Shown here: positions 63,555 through 64,000 of the stretch, piece after piece
How the letters are laid out: each line of letters begins with the position of its first letter
Numbering within the stretch: position 1 is the stretch's first letter
Assembly (NCBI RefSeq): GCF_006345805.1
Contig: NC_043001.1
Coordinates: 11,904,001-11,968,000 of the forward strand
DNA: 64,000 nucleotides
Source: Octopus sinensis
Taxonomy: Eukaryota
Reading direction: 5' to 3'
Program-made: the position numbers and the translations under genes
Notes under the pieces: model-generated
Told to the model about the DNA's origin: nothing
What the model saw: only the letters and a program-made list of their open reading frames with translations
The model's database searches: none

Positions 63555-63834
63555 CCCTTCTAGCTTAAGACACTTATTTCAGCAGTCCTTCATTTTTTTC
63601 TAAGCCCTGTAAAATAACTCGGAAGGTTGGGCCTTAGCCATGCCTCTCACGAAACTCTTAAACCTAGGAACTTTGGCGCACTCCTCCGTACATACTTGTA
63701 TCTTCCCTCCCTTCTAGCTTCACTTATTGCAGCGGTCTTTCATTTTTTTCTAAGCCCTGTAAAATAACTCGTAAGATTGGACCTCTCACGATACTCTTAA
63801 ACCTAGGATCTCGCGCGCACCCCTCCGTACATAC
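63555..63834. repeat. diverged tandem duplication, period ~154 bp
   Basis: cccttctagctt at 63555 and 63709; ctaagccctgtaaaataactcg and ctcttaaacctagga each occur twice. Confidence 0.9.
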
Positions 63835-64000
63835 GAGTAAAAAAGAAAAAAAATAGGAATCTGTCTACTGATGCATATTGAGAAGTATGCTAAATGGACT
63901 ATGAAGTGTCAAGAAAATTTTGTAATTGATATGGTACCTGTACGCAAATTGTTCCTCGTATTCCCCAGCTTCAAAATCAAAATTCTAATCCTACTTCGTT

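Overview
This is AT-rich eukaryotic DNA, dense in microsatellites and transposon debris. The SINE repertoire and (TA)n/(TAGA)n/(TACA)n/(AAT)n load best fit a coleoid cephalopod, probably Octopus (inference). I see no intact protein-coding gene: the long ORFs in the track are microsatellite read-throughs or decayed retro/DNA-transposon frames (Tx1, R4/Dong, RTE, CR1, mariner, pogo). The window is probably intronic or intergenic, with a few candidate short exons. The main unexplained signal is about 20 type-I hammerhead ribozyme (HHR) motifs from several unrelated short non-coding elements, mostly embedded in (TA)n. Three of these elements (19.6-21.0, 31.2-32.2, 32.2-32.8 kb) share one architecture: an inverted partial copy, then one or more full 361-562 bp monomers each carrying one HHR, then a partial monomer. 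This looks like a diverse Penelope-pLTR/retrozyme-like system of self-cleaving, probably circular, RNAs, and includes U3-A8 covariant catalytic cores. Other notable items: a Helitron sitting exactly at a duplication junction, template-switch inversions, a ~1 kb palindrome, inverted SINE pairs, a SINE tail shared with a Tx1 LINE, and candidate phase-1 microexons on the minus strand. All motifs were read by eye; none has been tested computationally or experimentally.
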